Positions 26,172 through 39,918 of a stretch of DNA of 64,000 bases are shown here, piece after piece. The DNA is taken from contig BDGG01000009.1 of assembly GCA_001949185.1 (NCBI GenBank), positions 609,624-673,623 on the forward strand. The letters are read 5' to 3'. Position 1 is the stretch's first letter; each line of letters begins with the position of its first letter. The position numbers and the translations under genes are program-made. Under the pieces are notes generated by a model. The model saw only the letters and a program-made list of their open reading frames with translations. It was not told the origin of the DNA and searched no databases. The DNA is from Ramazzottius varieornatus. Its lineage: Eukaryota; Animalia; Tardigrada.

Positions 26172-27729
26172 GATGGCGGAGTCAGACTCCTCGTATAACT
26201 GTCTTGCCGGCTTGAATTTCTTGGCTTTCTTGACCAACACGGAAGCCTGCTCACACGGCTCTTTTTATCGCCATAATTTCTTTAGTGTAACGGCGAGGGT
26301 GAATCAAATATCTCGAGCTTTCACCTCGGATTTGTACTGTGGCTACTCGCCCTCCGGTCATAGCGGCAGAAGATCATCATACTTTCAGTAGAATACCCGA
26401 AGTTATTGACATCGTCGTGATACGGTGGCATGTACCGGTAAAGTCATATTCACATCCTCCTCGTGCTTTCTTGAATCTCTTCTTCGCTTCACTCGTGCGT
26501 GATGTCATCTGGGAGCGGTTCCCTAGAACTATGACGAGGTCGTCACAGTGGTCAGTCGCACCACTTTACGCGATAAGGTTGTTTGCTTTCCACCATATCC
26601 TCACACACTGCAAAAGTCTTTCCTTTGTAATTTATTGAAGCAATACGCAGTAGACCGCATCATCGGACATGAAAAACACATGAAAATATTCCGATCGCAC
26701 TTAACTCCATCCAGCAGGGATTATTTGAGTCGTCGGCAAAGAGTTTGGCTCTGATCGTTGTCTTGGGCGGCGCACATTTTGATTGTTGTAGGCTGAGAGC
26801 GTGCGCTCTGTGAAACGATCTGAATATTCAGCCAGTAACAAAGTAAGCTGCGTCATTTGAAATGACGATCATCTGGAATCTGTCTGCCGGCCTCCGATTT
26901 GTTGACGTCCCATTTGTCGATGTCCCACTTATACTTATTTTTAGAGACGGTGGTTCAAGGTTGAGAACGCAACAACGACTTTGTGAGACGGAATGCAGGT
27001 GTTCGGAAGAGATGGTTTTTCCTGCGTATTCGCTAGACCTTGTGGTCACGTGTTGCTCTTATAGCTTTGAAGGGCTGGCCGAGAATGGCGACACAGTCAT
27101 ACTTGGTACTCCGTGGACTGCGCTCAATTAGTGCGGTGAGAAAAACCCATTTTCTGAAGAAGGTGAGGGAAGTTCATATCTTCTTGATTGTCAGGTGAAG
27201 TTCAATGCCGCCATTGAAGATTAACACCGAACTTCGGTTTTCTTATAGACGATGAGGCCTCAATCTGAACTTCAATGTGGCGATGGTGCGTATAAGAAAC
27301 CTGAAGAGTTCCGCGTTCCGCAAGCGACGGTCACGGCGGAATACGTAGCTCCAGGCAGGTCAAATAGAGCTTTTCGACTTACAAGGTGGCAGCACCGACT
27401 CCACCAAGAACAGAACGCAGCGAACACGTTTCCACGTTTAAGGAAAAAGGTAATTTTACGTTTTACTTCTTTCGTTTTTTTTGATTTTGTACATTCCAGA
27501 GACAAACAATGAGTCCAGCTCAAATCTCTCAAAGCAAGGCTAACCAACGGTGTAACGAAACAACTAAAAAGAAACTTGGAGGACAGAAAGAAAAACCAGT
27601 ACAACTGTTCGGTCAATGAACCAGCCATTAAAAGAACAGCGAATCAGGTCCCCGATGGAATCAGTCCTCTTGGCGATGGTTTGATAGCATAGGTGGGGTT
27701 CCAGGAAACCAGGGGAAGGGTTGAGATTT

Positions 27730-28705
27730 CTAGTAACCGCCACCGCCACCACCCATACCTCCATCTGTAAACACATGAGAAGTCAATGAATGTGATCCAA
27801 AATTCCTTGGGAGCTCGGCGCGCAAGGGCGGGCAGATCGTTTGCCCAAGTGGTGCACGGTTCCAGCCAATAATACAGCGAAGGTGCGCCGCTTGGGAATG
27901 CGACCTGATCGAGGTTGTCTTCCGCAGTGGCGCACGCTTTCGGCTAAAATCTCCGACAGGGTGCGCCACTTGGGACAACGATTTGCTCCCGTCTGTCTTT
28001 TGGTTTTCTGAAAGGTCAAAACTTACATCCGCCACCACCACCTCCGTATCCTCCTTGTCCACCACCAAAGCCTCCACCGCCACCTCCGAGACCACCTCCG
28101 AAATTGCCTCCTCCCACACCGAAGCCGAATCCCTTGTTGTAGCCGAAGCTGCTGGGATACCAGATCCACCAGGGCACAGGAATGTACCTTCTGTATCCGT
28201 AACCGTAACCGCTGGAGTAACCGAAGGGAAACGAGAAGAGGTCACCGATACCTCCACCGATACCTCCACCGACACCTCCACCGGTACCTCCTCCGTAGCT
28301 CGACCCTCCGCTCGATCCTCCGTATCCTGAAGAGCCCGTAGACCCATAGCCGGAACCTGTGGAACCGTAGGACGACTGCCTTGCTGCTGGCTGGTCTGCA
28401 GCTGCAGGGGCGCTGTAAGAACTGTCCTCGCAGAAAACTACGAAGATAATACACACCTTTTATCACCTGTTGAATGAGTACCATCATACAAGAAGGTCTT
28501 CGGGGTTTTTGAGAAAATTTGCACTTCACTTCGGACTGGAATACTTTGCGCAAGTATACTCCAGCTTTATATCAGTCGAAAAATAAACTATACTGCTGTG
28601 AAATTTACGGGACGCAAAAAATGTTTTCAGGTGGGGACAGGATGGAAGGAGCTTACCTGCTACACAAAGGGCGGCCAAGGCCGTACAAACAAGGTAGGTT
28701 CGCAT
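27730..28705 (-). CDS. Small secreted Gly/Tyr/Ser-rich protein (3 exons)
   Basis: Signal peptide MRTYLVCTALAALCVA; exon ~28026-28427 with SSYGSTGSGYG and GGGVGGGIGGGIG; last exon GGMGGGGGGY*. Confidence 0.75.
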
Positions 28706-30431
28706 TTTTGGAAAAAGGGGAAAGATAACAGGTAGTCCAGTGAGCACTCGAGGAGTGCCTCAGAATGCGATGTCGACAATGGCCAAATGAGTGTGAGACA
28801 GAACTGCTGGGTCCAAAAGATGAAATGGTCCGCCTCACCTTGCGAGAAATGGCCACTGGGTAAAGAACTGTTCTACTGCTGTTCTACTCCGAACAATACC
28901 CTGTATTTATCGGATGCGGCGGCTTCGTTACCCGCGGCAGATACTTCGTTAGTCAATCTTCGAGATGCAGGCCTTGCATTGTTGCGCTGCGGTCAGCGTC
29001 AGGCTTTTGTCATCCATCCGCTGACCGTTCTCTTCGTGATGTGGCTCTTCGCTCGATCTCCATGTCTATTCATCTTCTGGCGCACCCCTCCGACCAGATG
29101 CGCCATGTTGGCATCTGTGTTCCGCATGCTTCACGTACATGTCTCATTTAGCAATGTCCGGCTTCGTTAAGCACACAGAAGTTTGTAGGCGGGCGACCAC
29201 AAGTTTTCTAGGACGCAGTTTTCTCGCGCATAACAATGTGATTCCTAACCCTCGCATCACAGAGATCAAGGTGTCTGAATTAATGAAGTGATGATGGTGA
29301 TTCACGAATGTAGATCACTCCGTGACATCCGTCACGTTGCGGACGACGGTTAAGTCTTTTTAAGAAGATTCTCGAGAGGGAAAGAAGTGTGCCAGATTCT
29401 TGAAGACGTAGAGCGCCACATCGTAGTACTATTGGTAGATGTATGTCAGGTACCACGTCGTAGTTGCCGTGAGAAACTAGCTCAAGATCTAGATGACCTG
29501 TTCGTCAGAATTACCAACTTTGCTCATTCATAGTCATCGCAAAAGTATCAATGAATCGCTCTTTGAGGTCGGAATAATCGGGAAGTCCGCAGATGACTTG
29601 AACGTGATCGCTTTCCCAAATGGCGCATCCTTCTATCTATCAACAGTGGTGTGTGCGCCACTAGTTTAACGATGATGGTCAGTTCTTTTGCCGACATTCT
29701 AAATTTTTAGGCTCTCCAGTTTTCGGGATATGGAATCTTTCGTGGGCTACCGCGCGCGACCGCTACCAGTGTATGCTATCGAAGTACGCGAAGTACTCGC
29801 GACTCTTGTCCTCAGTCTGCGAGGTACGGTATTTGTGTATATCAAATTTTGGTTCTGGGAGTGAAATCCAGATGTTTTCGTGATAATTAATTGATTAATT
29901 AATTTTTAAAAATTGTTTTATATAAAACATGTAAAAATTCGATATTGGTTTTGCAAAACGAAACTCCAGTGTTGGAGCTTTGTTTTTATCTTACGGTCGC
30001 GAGAATGCAGTATGACGTCGTCAGCATACATCAGTGACAAAAGAAGACAACGGATCGGTAAAGACCCAGTTGGCCGGAGCAATGCAGCTGGCACTTCCGG
30101 TTGACGTCTGTCCACAGAGGTATGGCATCTGTATCATTGACACTAACCCTATTCAATCTCGCTCACAAAGGCATTCCTTCTTTTACTCATCTCTCCGAGC
30201 TGAGAAGTCATAGTAATGAAGGTTGCTCTGAAGTGCTTCACCAGCAATATTTGTTCCAAAACTGACTCGATCACCAGAAAAAACAAGAGCAGAAAACTAC
30301 AGAGGTAGAAACACATGGTTAACACTCAGATCGAACCAATGTCAAACCATTTCCATCAGGACGATTTTTCCTCCGTTCAGCAGGAGCGTTTGTCTTCGGC
30401 ATCACTTTTTCGAATATGCTGGATTAGGAAA

Positions 30432-31294
30432 ATGGTCCGCGCTGAATGTGGTATGGCTGTGCTTGGAAAATGGTTTATCGTTTTTGCAAGTCTAGTAATC
30501 TTCCCTTTGGGTATTTCGAACCTCGGAGGTGAGAAGGAAGCTGGATACCTCGTTTTTTTCGGTGGCGCCACCTGTGTGCTATCGGTAGTGGGCCGTCATA
30601 ATAGTCCTATAGGACTTTGGAAGACAGTATTGCAGTATTTTACGCCGAATTTTACTGAATTATGTTCATTTTGACAGTTGCTTCCGGCGCCGTTACTCAG
30701 CAAAGTGGCGCAGGACAAGCCACGCGCCAGGAAGATGATCTATTCAAGTTCAAGGCCGCAACTGCGAATCTCGTCGGTTCACCGATGTACGTCAAGATGG
30801 CCCTGGCTAAAGCTTCCAACGGACCTTCCCAAGAACCGAGTTCTTCGGGTCTAAGCCACCTCGAGGAAGTCGGGAGGTTCTTCCGAGGTGGCGCACCAAT
30901 GGGATCGGAACTGATGAACCGGTACTTCGTCTACCGGTATGACGGGACCAACAGATGGGCGAACGCGAAGATCGAGCACGGAAAGACGACACCGACACCG
31001 ACACCTGTTTCGATGAAGGTAGTGCCGATGCGTAAGGAAGTATCGCAGCGTGATGTAACGACAACGTCAAGTCCAATGTCGCCGATCGCCGCGGGTAACA
31101 TTCCTGCGCAGGTCTTGCCATTTTTAGCAAACTCGAGCTCGACAACAACACTACCGGTATTCAATTACACTAACATGACTGTACAGTATTGGCAAAGTTT
31201 AATGAACCTACAAAGACGTTGTGTGGAACTTCCGCGACGCTTCGCCGAGATGCTTTGCGCTAGCGATCGAAGGCCATTCGTTGTGACAGGATGA
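30432..31294 (+). CDS. Uncharacterised, probably secreted protein (2 exons ~30432-30509, 30678-31294)
   Basis: Hydrophobic leader AVLGKWFIVFASLVIFPL spliced to a ~205-codon open exon with a Thr/Ser/Pro-rich middle and a C-terminal Cys pair. No recognised domain. Confidence 0.5.
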
Positions 31295-32777
31295 AAACAC
31301 CAGGTCACATGTCGACCAGCTTTGACACCTGGAGTGTCATCTTTTGTGTTCGAGATCTCAGCAACACCCATCAGTTATTCGCTTGAGTTATTTTTTGAGT
31401 CACCTGTAACGTGACGCCGGTCATTCCGAACAAAACTTTGGCATACAGTACAATAAAAAAAGAACAGAAATACTTCTTAGGGGAGAAAATACTTGTAACA
31501 TTCGCCTTTCCGGGGTTCGATGCTTTCGAAAGCACTTTACCATACTAAGTAAAAGGTAGAAGTCTTGTTTTTCAGCTGGAAGTGATTCGTATGTATCAGG
31601 GAGCAATGGGCAGGTCGGTAAACGAAACGACCGAAATCGTTAACTCAAGTGACGCACTCTTCCGAATTTGTTGGCTGAAAGCGTGCGCCGCTTGAAACGA
31701 TCGATCTTATACGTTTTGCTTGCGTTATCGTCAAACAATTACCAATCTGGAGCCGATCGGAAAAACTACTTTGGATCTCGAGGTGGCTTAATGAAACCAA
31801 AAAACATTTCACAGAAGTCATGTGAAGGCGAATGCATCGTTTACCTTACGCAACAATCGAAGAACATCTTTGGGCAAAATGGCAGGAAACCTCTGCATGA
31901 CATAGAGGAAACGAGCGGTACAACTTGGCGTTGGCGTACTTCTTGACACGGCCGACATCTGGCTGTCACGGAACTTTACTTCAAGGTCTAGGCCATTATA
32001 AATCACTCGGCTTCAAGTTAAGGACATGCTTTTTCGAACAGATCGACTGGAGAAAGTCCTTCGTGAAATCCATTGGCCAAGATACTCCTACAAGTACACA
32101 GTCCTGCAAAACTGAGAAAGAAGATTACATCGGGTTTCACGATAATATGGTAATCCGACAAACCAAATGTGTGAGAATGTCAAGCGGCGCATGTTTTCGT
32201 TGTCATTGGCTGGAAGCGCGCGCCACCCAAGGTGACAATCTTGCACGTCTTGTTTGCCGGCCCTCCCATATTGCTCGGGCTTCTCCTTCCTATTAACTTT
32301 ACAGACATCTTAGAAGAGTTGTAAAATTTTGATATCAGACTATCCATAATCAAATCAACAGACCGGATGTAGTTTGAGGTGTCAACCCGTTCTTAATTAT
32401 TGCATTTTACATGTGACTGCCAAGCTCCCGCATGCATAAGTTATAATCTGGTGTACAACAAGTACAACAAGCAGAATACGTCTTGTCTTACTTCCCTATC
32501 GTACATCAACTGTAGCAATCGTGTCTCTAAACTGTTTTGCTAAGTTTACCAACAATTTTTGGCTCGTTCTTCTCTGAAAACCAGAGTTACAAGTGCAACG
32601 CAGGTAGCACATCATGCTATATAATGCCGATGGCGAACCAGCCAAGAAGTATTAAAGGTGCCTTGATGCCGGCTGGCTATTGGCTTTGCACCTCCCGCTA
32701 GAGAGCCGAAGTACCTTTCGTCGATTTCCGACCTCCACGTCAACGGGTCGAATTACTTTACCCAAGCGTTCCCCGAA

Positions 32778-33582
32778 ATGCAGATCCAGCTTAAAGCCAT
32801 ACTACTCGCTGCAGTAGCGCTCCTAGCTGTCCTCCCCACTTCCTGTGAGTACTCTTGAGCGCCACGCCTTGGAATTTCAACGGATCGCGGACCCTAACAC
32901 CCTTAATTTTCCTCGGTTCAATTTCCGGTACAGCCTTCAATATCATTTCTTCGTTTTCAGATGGAAGAGGGGGTTTCGGCGGCCGAGGTTTCGGCGGCGG
33001 ATTCGGCCGTGGATTTGGTGGTGGCTTCGGCCGAGGCTTCTACGGGGGTTTTGGTGAGTGGAATCACAGCTTGCAACATGAAATTTCTACTGGGGTACGG
33101 TCCTAATTCCTCGTGGTTCCGACGTATATACAGGCGGTTACGGTCTGGGTCTCGGTGGATTCGGTTGGGGAGGACTCGGTCTAGGCGGTCTAGGCTGGGG
33201 AGGTCTAGGCTGGGGAGGTCTAGGCTGGGGCGGTCTAGGCCTGGGCGGTCTAGGCCTAGGCTGGGGCGGTCTCTATGATGGATTCGGCGGCTGGGGAGGT
33301 TTGGGCGGTTTTGGTGGTCCATTCCTCGGCGGATGGGGAGGACTGGGATGGGGAGGATTGGGATGGGGAGGACTGGGATGGGGAGGACTGGGCTTCGGGG
33401 GATTCGGAGGCGGATTCGGAGGACTGGGCTTTGGCGGCTTCGGAGGCGGATTTGGCGGACGAGGGTTTGGAGGTCGAGGTTTCGGTGGTCGAGGTTTCGG
33501 TGGTCGAGGTTTCGGTGGTCGAGGTTTCGGAGGTGGTCGCGGTTTTGGTGGTGGATTTGGTGGCCGCGGTGGCAGAGGTTAA
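32778..33582 (+). CDS. Secreted glycine-rich protein with GGFGGRGF and GWGGL repeats (3 exons ~32778-32844, 32961-33054, 33134-33582)
   Basis: Signal peptide MQIQLKAILLAAVALLAVLPTS; mature region almost entirely G/F/R/W/L/Y; ends GGRGGRG*. Confidence 0.8.
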
Positions 33583-34165
33583 CTGATCTCTTCTCTCCAG
33601 CTCAACGAAACGTCCAAATTCCTTTCCTGGTTGGTTCCCTGCGCTCCATAGTAGCATATCGTTTACATTTGTTGTTGACTCTTCGTTCTTTTTTTGCATT
33701 GAATATTTGGTACATGGTTGGGATTTAATACTCGAATCAGAATGTACAGTAGCTCTGCTGATGAGCACAGTAGTCAATAGGCTGTGCACAATAACTTTCA
33801 ACATCGCTTTTGGAGATTGTATCGCGCTGAAGTAAATTTTCGGATGTTCTAAAAACAAAAAATTTAGATAGAGTGCCTTCACCAGCTAGGCCGTCTAGTG
33901 AAGGCACTCTTTCTTAATTTTCCCACTCGGCATTGCAGTGGCAAACGTCTGGTCCAGACGTTTGCTACTGCAATGCCGAGTGGAAACTGGAAAGTGCCGA
34001 CCGGATTCGGAATCAGTTTGAAGCAGCCCTGTCTGTATCGCGATTGCAGTGTGATCTCTCTAAGGCTGATCAACCACGCTGGTTTGAAGCGGCAAGTCTG
34101 CGCTTAGGGCACGAACGAGGCCACCAAGCAAATCAAAGCGGCGATCTGGCGACTTTTTTGCAATA

Positions 34166-34423
34166 CAGTCCTACCTGTGAGATGTGACAATTGCTTCTTC
34201 TGCAACCGAACAGCATTCCTGCACGAGACTGCTAGCCATGAACTGCGCAGTACGATCAGCTGATCGACGTCTGGTTGTAGCTTGACTTGATCAAGAAATC
34301 AAGCGCGTGTCTGATCAGCTGATCGGTCTCATGCGAACAGCAAAGCGAGCAGCCCCGTGTACACACGTACCGTCCGGAACTGAAATCGGGCGTTTGAACT
34401 GTCACATCTCACAGGTAGGACTG
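34166..34423. mobile_element. 258-bp MITE with perfect 24-bp TIRs and TA target-site duplication
   Basis: TA|CAGTCCTACCTGTGAGATGTGACA ... TGTCACATCTCACAGGTAGGACTG|TA. CAGT termini and a TA TSD are typical of Tc1/mariner/pogo derivatives. Confidence 0.9.
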
Positions 34424-34867
34424 TATCGCCGAATGATTGACTGATTTTTCAATAGTGATCTTTTTCCGCGCAGTTTTCGCGTATTACATCATCACTATGT
34501 CGCTTAGTTTACCACTTCAGCTTCAACATTGATGGGACGAGTGTGACGTCGAAAGTGCCAGTACTCTTTGACACAGTGCTGGCTTTCTTCCACTTCTGAA
34601 TTCTGATCGTCGAAGAGAACCCTTGTCCGTTGGTTGTCCAGCTCTCAATTTTCTTCCCTTTTCCCTCCACATCCGTTTGACATGATCGTTTAACCAAGAG
34701 CTTCCACTAGAGTAGTCTTTGGATATTGTTCAGCCGTTGCTGCCGTGTGTAGTCCCGCTTCAGCCGTGGGTGTCTCGAGCAGTCACTAGCTGACGAGCAA
34801 ACCCGGATCGAATCTTCTGGACGTAAAGCCCTCCTTCCTTTAGCCTTCTCTTGGCCCTCGTCCCAAG

Positions 34868-37800
34868 ATGTCCGGACGGGACGAAGCTAACACATCCAAA
34901 GTATCCAACAACGTTCGCAAGTCCAGCTCGGCCAACGTCTCCCAAACATCGTTCATCGGTAACGCCAGCTTGAATGCTTCCACCCTCAACGCCAACAAAA
35001 CTCCCAAAGGCAGTCGCAATGGTACTCAGAAGTCCAGGACACCTCGCCTAGGTACGCTTTAACCATTTTGAATGTATTCTATGTAGTCAGATGTAACGGG
35101 ATTCTGTCATTGTGATCTGTCGACACTTTAGGCAAATCTCCTGCTCCACAAGTCGCTGATCGTTTCATTATGAGGAGGAACAGCTCCGTCACAAACCTCA
35201 GTTCCAGTACAGCCAGCTTGAACCTGAAAGGCAACCTGGAGGATACAGCGTTTCAAGACGGGGATTCCAGTCCGCGAACGGTGGAGAACAGAAAGAATCT
35301 CAGCCAAGCTTTGATCGGTGATAAGAAAGATAGTCGCATTCTTGAATTCCGCGCGAAACCACCGCCTGCTCCTGAAGGTAATGTCCACCACCTCCATCAT
35401 CCACTGCTACTTTATTCAAGCAGTTCTTCCCTTGTATGGGAAGCCAATCCAACGTTCCTTGAGCAGCTGAATGTGTTCCCAGGTTTCGCCAACCCCTTTT
35501 CATCGTTGTATACTCATTCCGTAGCGAAGTCTGGTGCAGTCAACGCCAGAAAGATTCCTCGGGCTATTCCAACAGCTCCCAGCCGGATATTGGATGCTCC
35601 TGATCTTCTGAATGATTTTTGTAGGTGTTTATCGCTATATTTATAGCCCCAGAAAACTGGGACGTCGGCAAATGAATTCGCTCAGTATGTTTTCCTAAGG
35701 GGCGCACGGCCTCCGCTGATAACAATGGGAACGTACGCCACTTGAAGTAACGACCTAGTTAAGTTCATTCGCCGACATCCCCAATCTTGCTTTTGGAATT
35801 TGGACCAAAGGGGATTGAAGTACTTTCTTCGTTGCTTGTAGACTTGACAAGGATAGACTGGGGAAGTAACAACTACCTGGCTGTGGCGCTGGGACCGTCG
35901 CTGTACCTGTGGAACGGGGAAACTGCGGAAATTGAAGAGCTGTTCAACCTTTCCTCACCGGAAGTCCCTGAGGCCGAGTGCTACGTCTCTGGAGTTTCAT
36001 GGTTGCAAGGAGGGAACTTTCTCGCGATCGGAAACAACAAGGCGGAAGTGCGTTTTTTTTGTACTACCTTGCGCATTCTTGTTTCTGTCGAAGTATCTCT
36101 CTTTTGCAATCGTTCTTGATTCGCGTAGGTTCAGATCTGGGATGTGGAGGCTAAGAAACGGGTCAGAGTGATGCGGGGACATAGTGCTCGTGTCAGCTGT
36201 CTGGACTGGAATAACCATATCCTAGCCAGTGGATGCCGAAGTGGGGAGATACACTACCACGATGTCCGCGTTGCAGAGTATTACTTCTGTTCCTTGAAAG
36301 CCCACGCTCAGGTACGATCTTTTCTTTGCTTGGACACTGACCGACGTTCTGACTTCACCATGTTGCATCTGCAGGAAGTCTGTGGCTTGAAGTGGTCGCC
36401 AGACAAGAGATACTTAGCCAGTGGTGGCAACGACAACGCCCTGAATATATGGCCAGTTCCCGCCAGTTCAGACGCCAAGAAGGATAACGCTCAGCTCGAT
36501 CAGCCTGTTGCTTCTTTCAACATGCACCAAGCAGCTGTCAAAGTAAGCCCGTCATGAACTTTGTTCACCTTGTATGTATTTTCTATTTTCTTGCAATTTT
36601 TATTTATCAAAAAAATACGATAGTTTGAGAAACAAACTCGACGAAACCGTTCTGCCATGTGGCGCAGTTTACAATAATAATAATAATAATAATAAGAGCT
36701 TTATTCCCGTCTTTGAACGCCATGCTACCAATTTCAGCTAGGCCTTATACACAAGATAAGTATCAATATTTGGCTATAGAGAGCCGTAGAAGCACAGGGG
36801 TACACTCAGACAGCTAGGCAATCCAATCAGCTATACACCGACGCAGACCAGAAGGTAATACTAATACAACTGCAACCAGGGTTGTGACGTGTCACACGAT
36901 ATAGAGACCTAGGCAGAAGAGCTGTGTCCAGATCATACATCACAGTATAGTCAATCGGAAAGTCTAATAAGTGTAGGCTAGAAGAATCCACAATGTTGTT
37001 GACTGGAAGCGTACGCCACTTGAAAGAGAAACCATCCTGTCGAGTTTGTTGGCTGAGCCCCAATTTTCCGATGAATATCGTTCGTGGCCACTTAACGAAA
37101 ATAAGTTGAATCTTTGTTTATTCCAGGCAGTCGCGTGGTGTCCCTGGCAGCCATCCGTGGTAGCTTCCGGCGGTGGTACCGCTGACCGTACCATTAAACT
37201 ATGGAACGTTCAGATGGGCAGCATGATCACCAGCAAAGATACAGGATCTCAGGTAGGTTTAAGCACTTTATCTTGAAATGCTAAGAGCAATTACTTTTGA
37301 GGTTAGAAGACCAACTGGTATAAATATTGTCGGTCTACGGCACGCTTTACTTTAGGTTTCCGGAATAGTCTGGTCGGAAGACTACCGAGAACTCGTAACG
37401 GGTCATGGCTATGCGAAAAACGAGCTGATCTTGTGGAAATATCCTTCATTCGATCGCGTCGCTGAACTCACTGGTACCAGTATCCTTTTCAGTGTCCATA
37501 GCAGGTCAAAATGGGAGGCCGGCAAACGAAACGTACAGCATCGTCATCTTAAGTGGCGCACTTACTCATTATCAATTACAGGGAGCGTGCGCCACTTATA
37601 ATGAAGGTCATGTCCAGTACGTTTTGTTGCCTCGCATACAAGTGACGGACTGTTTCATTGTTCTTAGCTGATAGCGTGCGTCAGTTGAGATGATGGTCTT
37701 ACACCTATCGTCTGATTCCCATATTGTTTCCATCATCGTTTGAATGGACAACGGTGATGTTGTTTCAGGACATACTGAGCGTATTCTGGACCTCTGCGCC

Positions 37801-37950
37801 AGTTCGGACAATTCTATCGTAGTCTCAACCAGCGCGGATGAAACCATTCGGCTCTGGAACCTCTTTCCCATCGACCTCGAGAAGAAGAAAAAGGACGAGC
37901 GGGAAAAGTCAAAGGGCAGCGGCGTCCTAGCTCGTCAATGCTTACGTTAA
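34868..37950 (+). CDS. CDC20: Cell division cycle 20 / fizzy, APC/C co-activator (9 exons)
   Basis: C-box DRFI, RILEF, IPTAPSRILDAPDLLNDF, WD40 repeats (HAQEVCGLKWSPD..YLASGGNDN, HQAAVKAVAWCPWQ..VVASGGGTADRTIK, GHTERIL..SADETIRLW), C-terminal LR. Confidence 0.95.
35659..35781. repeat. Full-length palindromic element, GGGACGTCGGCAAA arm type, CDC20 intron
   Basis: GGGACGTCGGCAAATGAATT...AGGGGCGCAC-N25-GTACGCCACT...AGTTCATTCGCCGACATCCC. Confidence 0.9.
36676..36989 (-). mobile_element. ~315-bp retroposed insertion (5'-truncated LINE 3' end or SINE) with (TTA)n tail and ACAAT TSD
   Basis: The minus strand ends AATAAAGCTC(TTA)n. ACAAT occurs at 36671-36675 and 36990-36994. The insertion splits one palindromic element. 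Confidence 0.65.
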
Positions 37951-38457
37951 GTGCACCTTTGGACTACTGAAATATCTGTGTTACGATAATCTATTTGAAG
38001 TTTTTGACAGTAGCATTGATGCAATTTCCTTTTTTATATTTTTGCGTACATCAAAATGCCTTAAATTATTATTAACATCTAGGTGACATGCAATCAAAAT
38101 ATTCTGCGAAACACTTTGTGTGGCGGTTTTCCGTCGTCCACACGTGACGACTTTTCTTGGTAGCATGTTTTGAATGGCAATTGTTTTTTGGAAATATTTC
38201 TTTGAAACGACGACCCAAACAACATGCACGTAACCTGCTGCTTGCTGTTTTTTCTTCTCGAGGTTATCGCACGGCCTTTTGTTTAACGGTGACAATGCAA
38301 AAATTAACGCAGCTATACCCGGTCTTACCACGTATAAAAAGGTATCAAGGTTCGCGTTTATGCATCAGTTCTTACCGAGCCAGTTTCTTGGAAATTCTTT
38401 ACCCACTTCTTTGAGTTGCCCCGCCCGCTTCCAAGCTTGCGACCTTCCCAAGTCAAC

Positions 38458-38914
38458 ATGCGTGGACTACTTTTCTGTATCCTGGTTCTCGCGATCCTGG
38501 CCATCGTCCTTGGTAAGTCACATCCTCCCCTCTCTTTTTTTGCGCGACCTGCTAACCTGATCGTTGGTTCGTTATGTCAAGCGGCGCACGTTTCCAGCCA
38601 ACAACACTGTAAACATGCACCGCTTCGGCGAACCAGCCTGACAGGATAGTTTTCCCAAATTGGCGTTCTTTTACATACGGTACGAGTGGCTGGAAGTGCG
38701 CGCCACTTGGAAAAGCGATCTGGTTCAATTCGCCTGTGCAACTTGTCTCTTACCGTCGTTGTAACCTTTCGTCTTCTTTGCAGAGCATGCCGAGGCTCAG
38801 ATATTCGGCGGTGGCGGATCCGGGGATGGTGGAATGATCATTTTCCTCAAAAACGACAAGGCCAGTGCATCATCGAACCTTCTCAAGCAGCTCCAGCTTC
38901 AGCGGCAGAAATAG
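38458..38914 (+). CDS. Small secreted peptide precursor, paralog A (exons 38458-38512, 38784-38914)
   Basis: MRGLLFCILVLAILAIVL|EHAEAQIFGGGGSGDGGMIIFLKNDKASASSNLLKQLQLQRQK*; TATAAAA at ~38333. Confidence 0.8.
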
Positions 38915-39918
38915 ATGAAAGTGGCTTTTCCCGGCTAAGTTTTTGGGGGCGACATCACCCTTTGTACACGCTTGCTTCTGTCCTAGTATTGATACGCACC
39001 TTGGCCTTGTCCAGAGTATTTTTACGCCTTACCTTTTCTTGAGCTCCGTTTTCTTACTGCTCTCGCTATCCTACATTGATGAACGACAAAGGGTGAAAAT
39101 ACACCCAGCTTGTTCGCCCAAAAACCAGTCAATACATGATAAAAAATTAGTGTTTTTCCTGCCTTTCTGAATCTCTTTTATTGAACGGTTCTACTGCAAC
39201 TGGACCAGCTCATAACGAAGCTTAGGCTTTAGAAAATTTCGGGAACAGTTCGAGGACCAACAAGGGTAGAAGATCATTCAATTTTCCTACGTTTGTGGAT
39301 CAATCTTGAATGGTCCTAAAATTGTTCTAGTTTATCGTGTGGCGAAATAATCGCCTGCGTATCCTGTAGGAAATTCATTTGCGGTTTCGCCGTCGTGTAG
39401 CCATGAGTTCGAAGAATTTGTTTATGATGGCACGTCATCGGCAGTGCTGCCAAATGTTTGTGGAAATGTTCTCTCAAAGCGGCGATGAGAGACTCAGGCA
39501 TGTAACCTGCTGGTGTTATTCAAACGTGAATATCTTCTATGCGGCTTTTGTGAACAACTAATTAGGCATGCAGAAGCTGCCAATGTAGAACCGCTGTAAG
39601 AATATTGGTCATGCCTTTGGTCGGCTGAAAGCCCTTGTGACTTTCCGTCGGAAAATTGCACGGCTGTAAGCCGGCTCGCATATAATTGAGCGACGTTTTT
39701 TTTGGGGTCGTGATGAATATATTTACTTCTTGCATCATCACGCAGCTTTGTTCGACAATGATAAGACAAAAATTAAGACAGGCACGTTGTCTCGATATAA
39801 GAACATGTCAATAACCACGCATATGCATCAGTGTCCCACTAAGCAAACTTCTCGAACACTTCTCCGCCTACTGTTCGTCTTAGTAACCTTTCAAACTCGC
39901 GACCTTCCCCAAGTCAAG

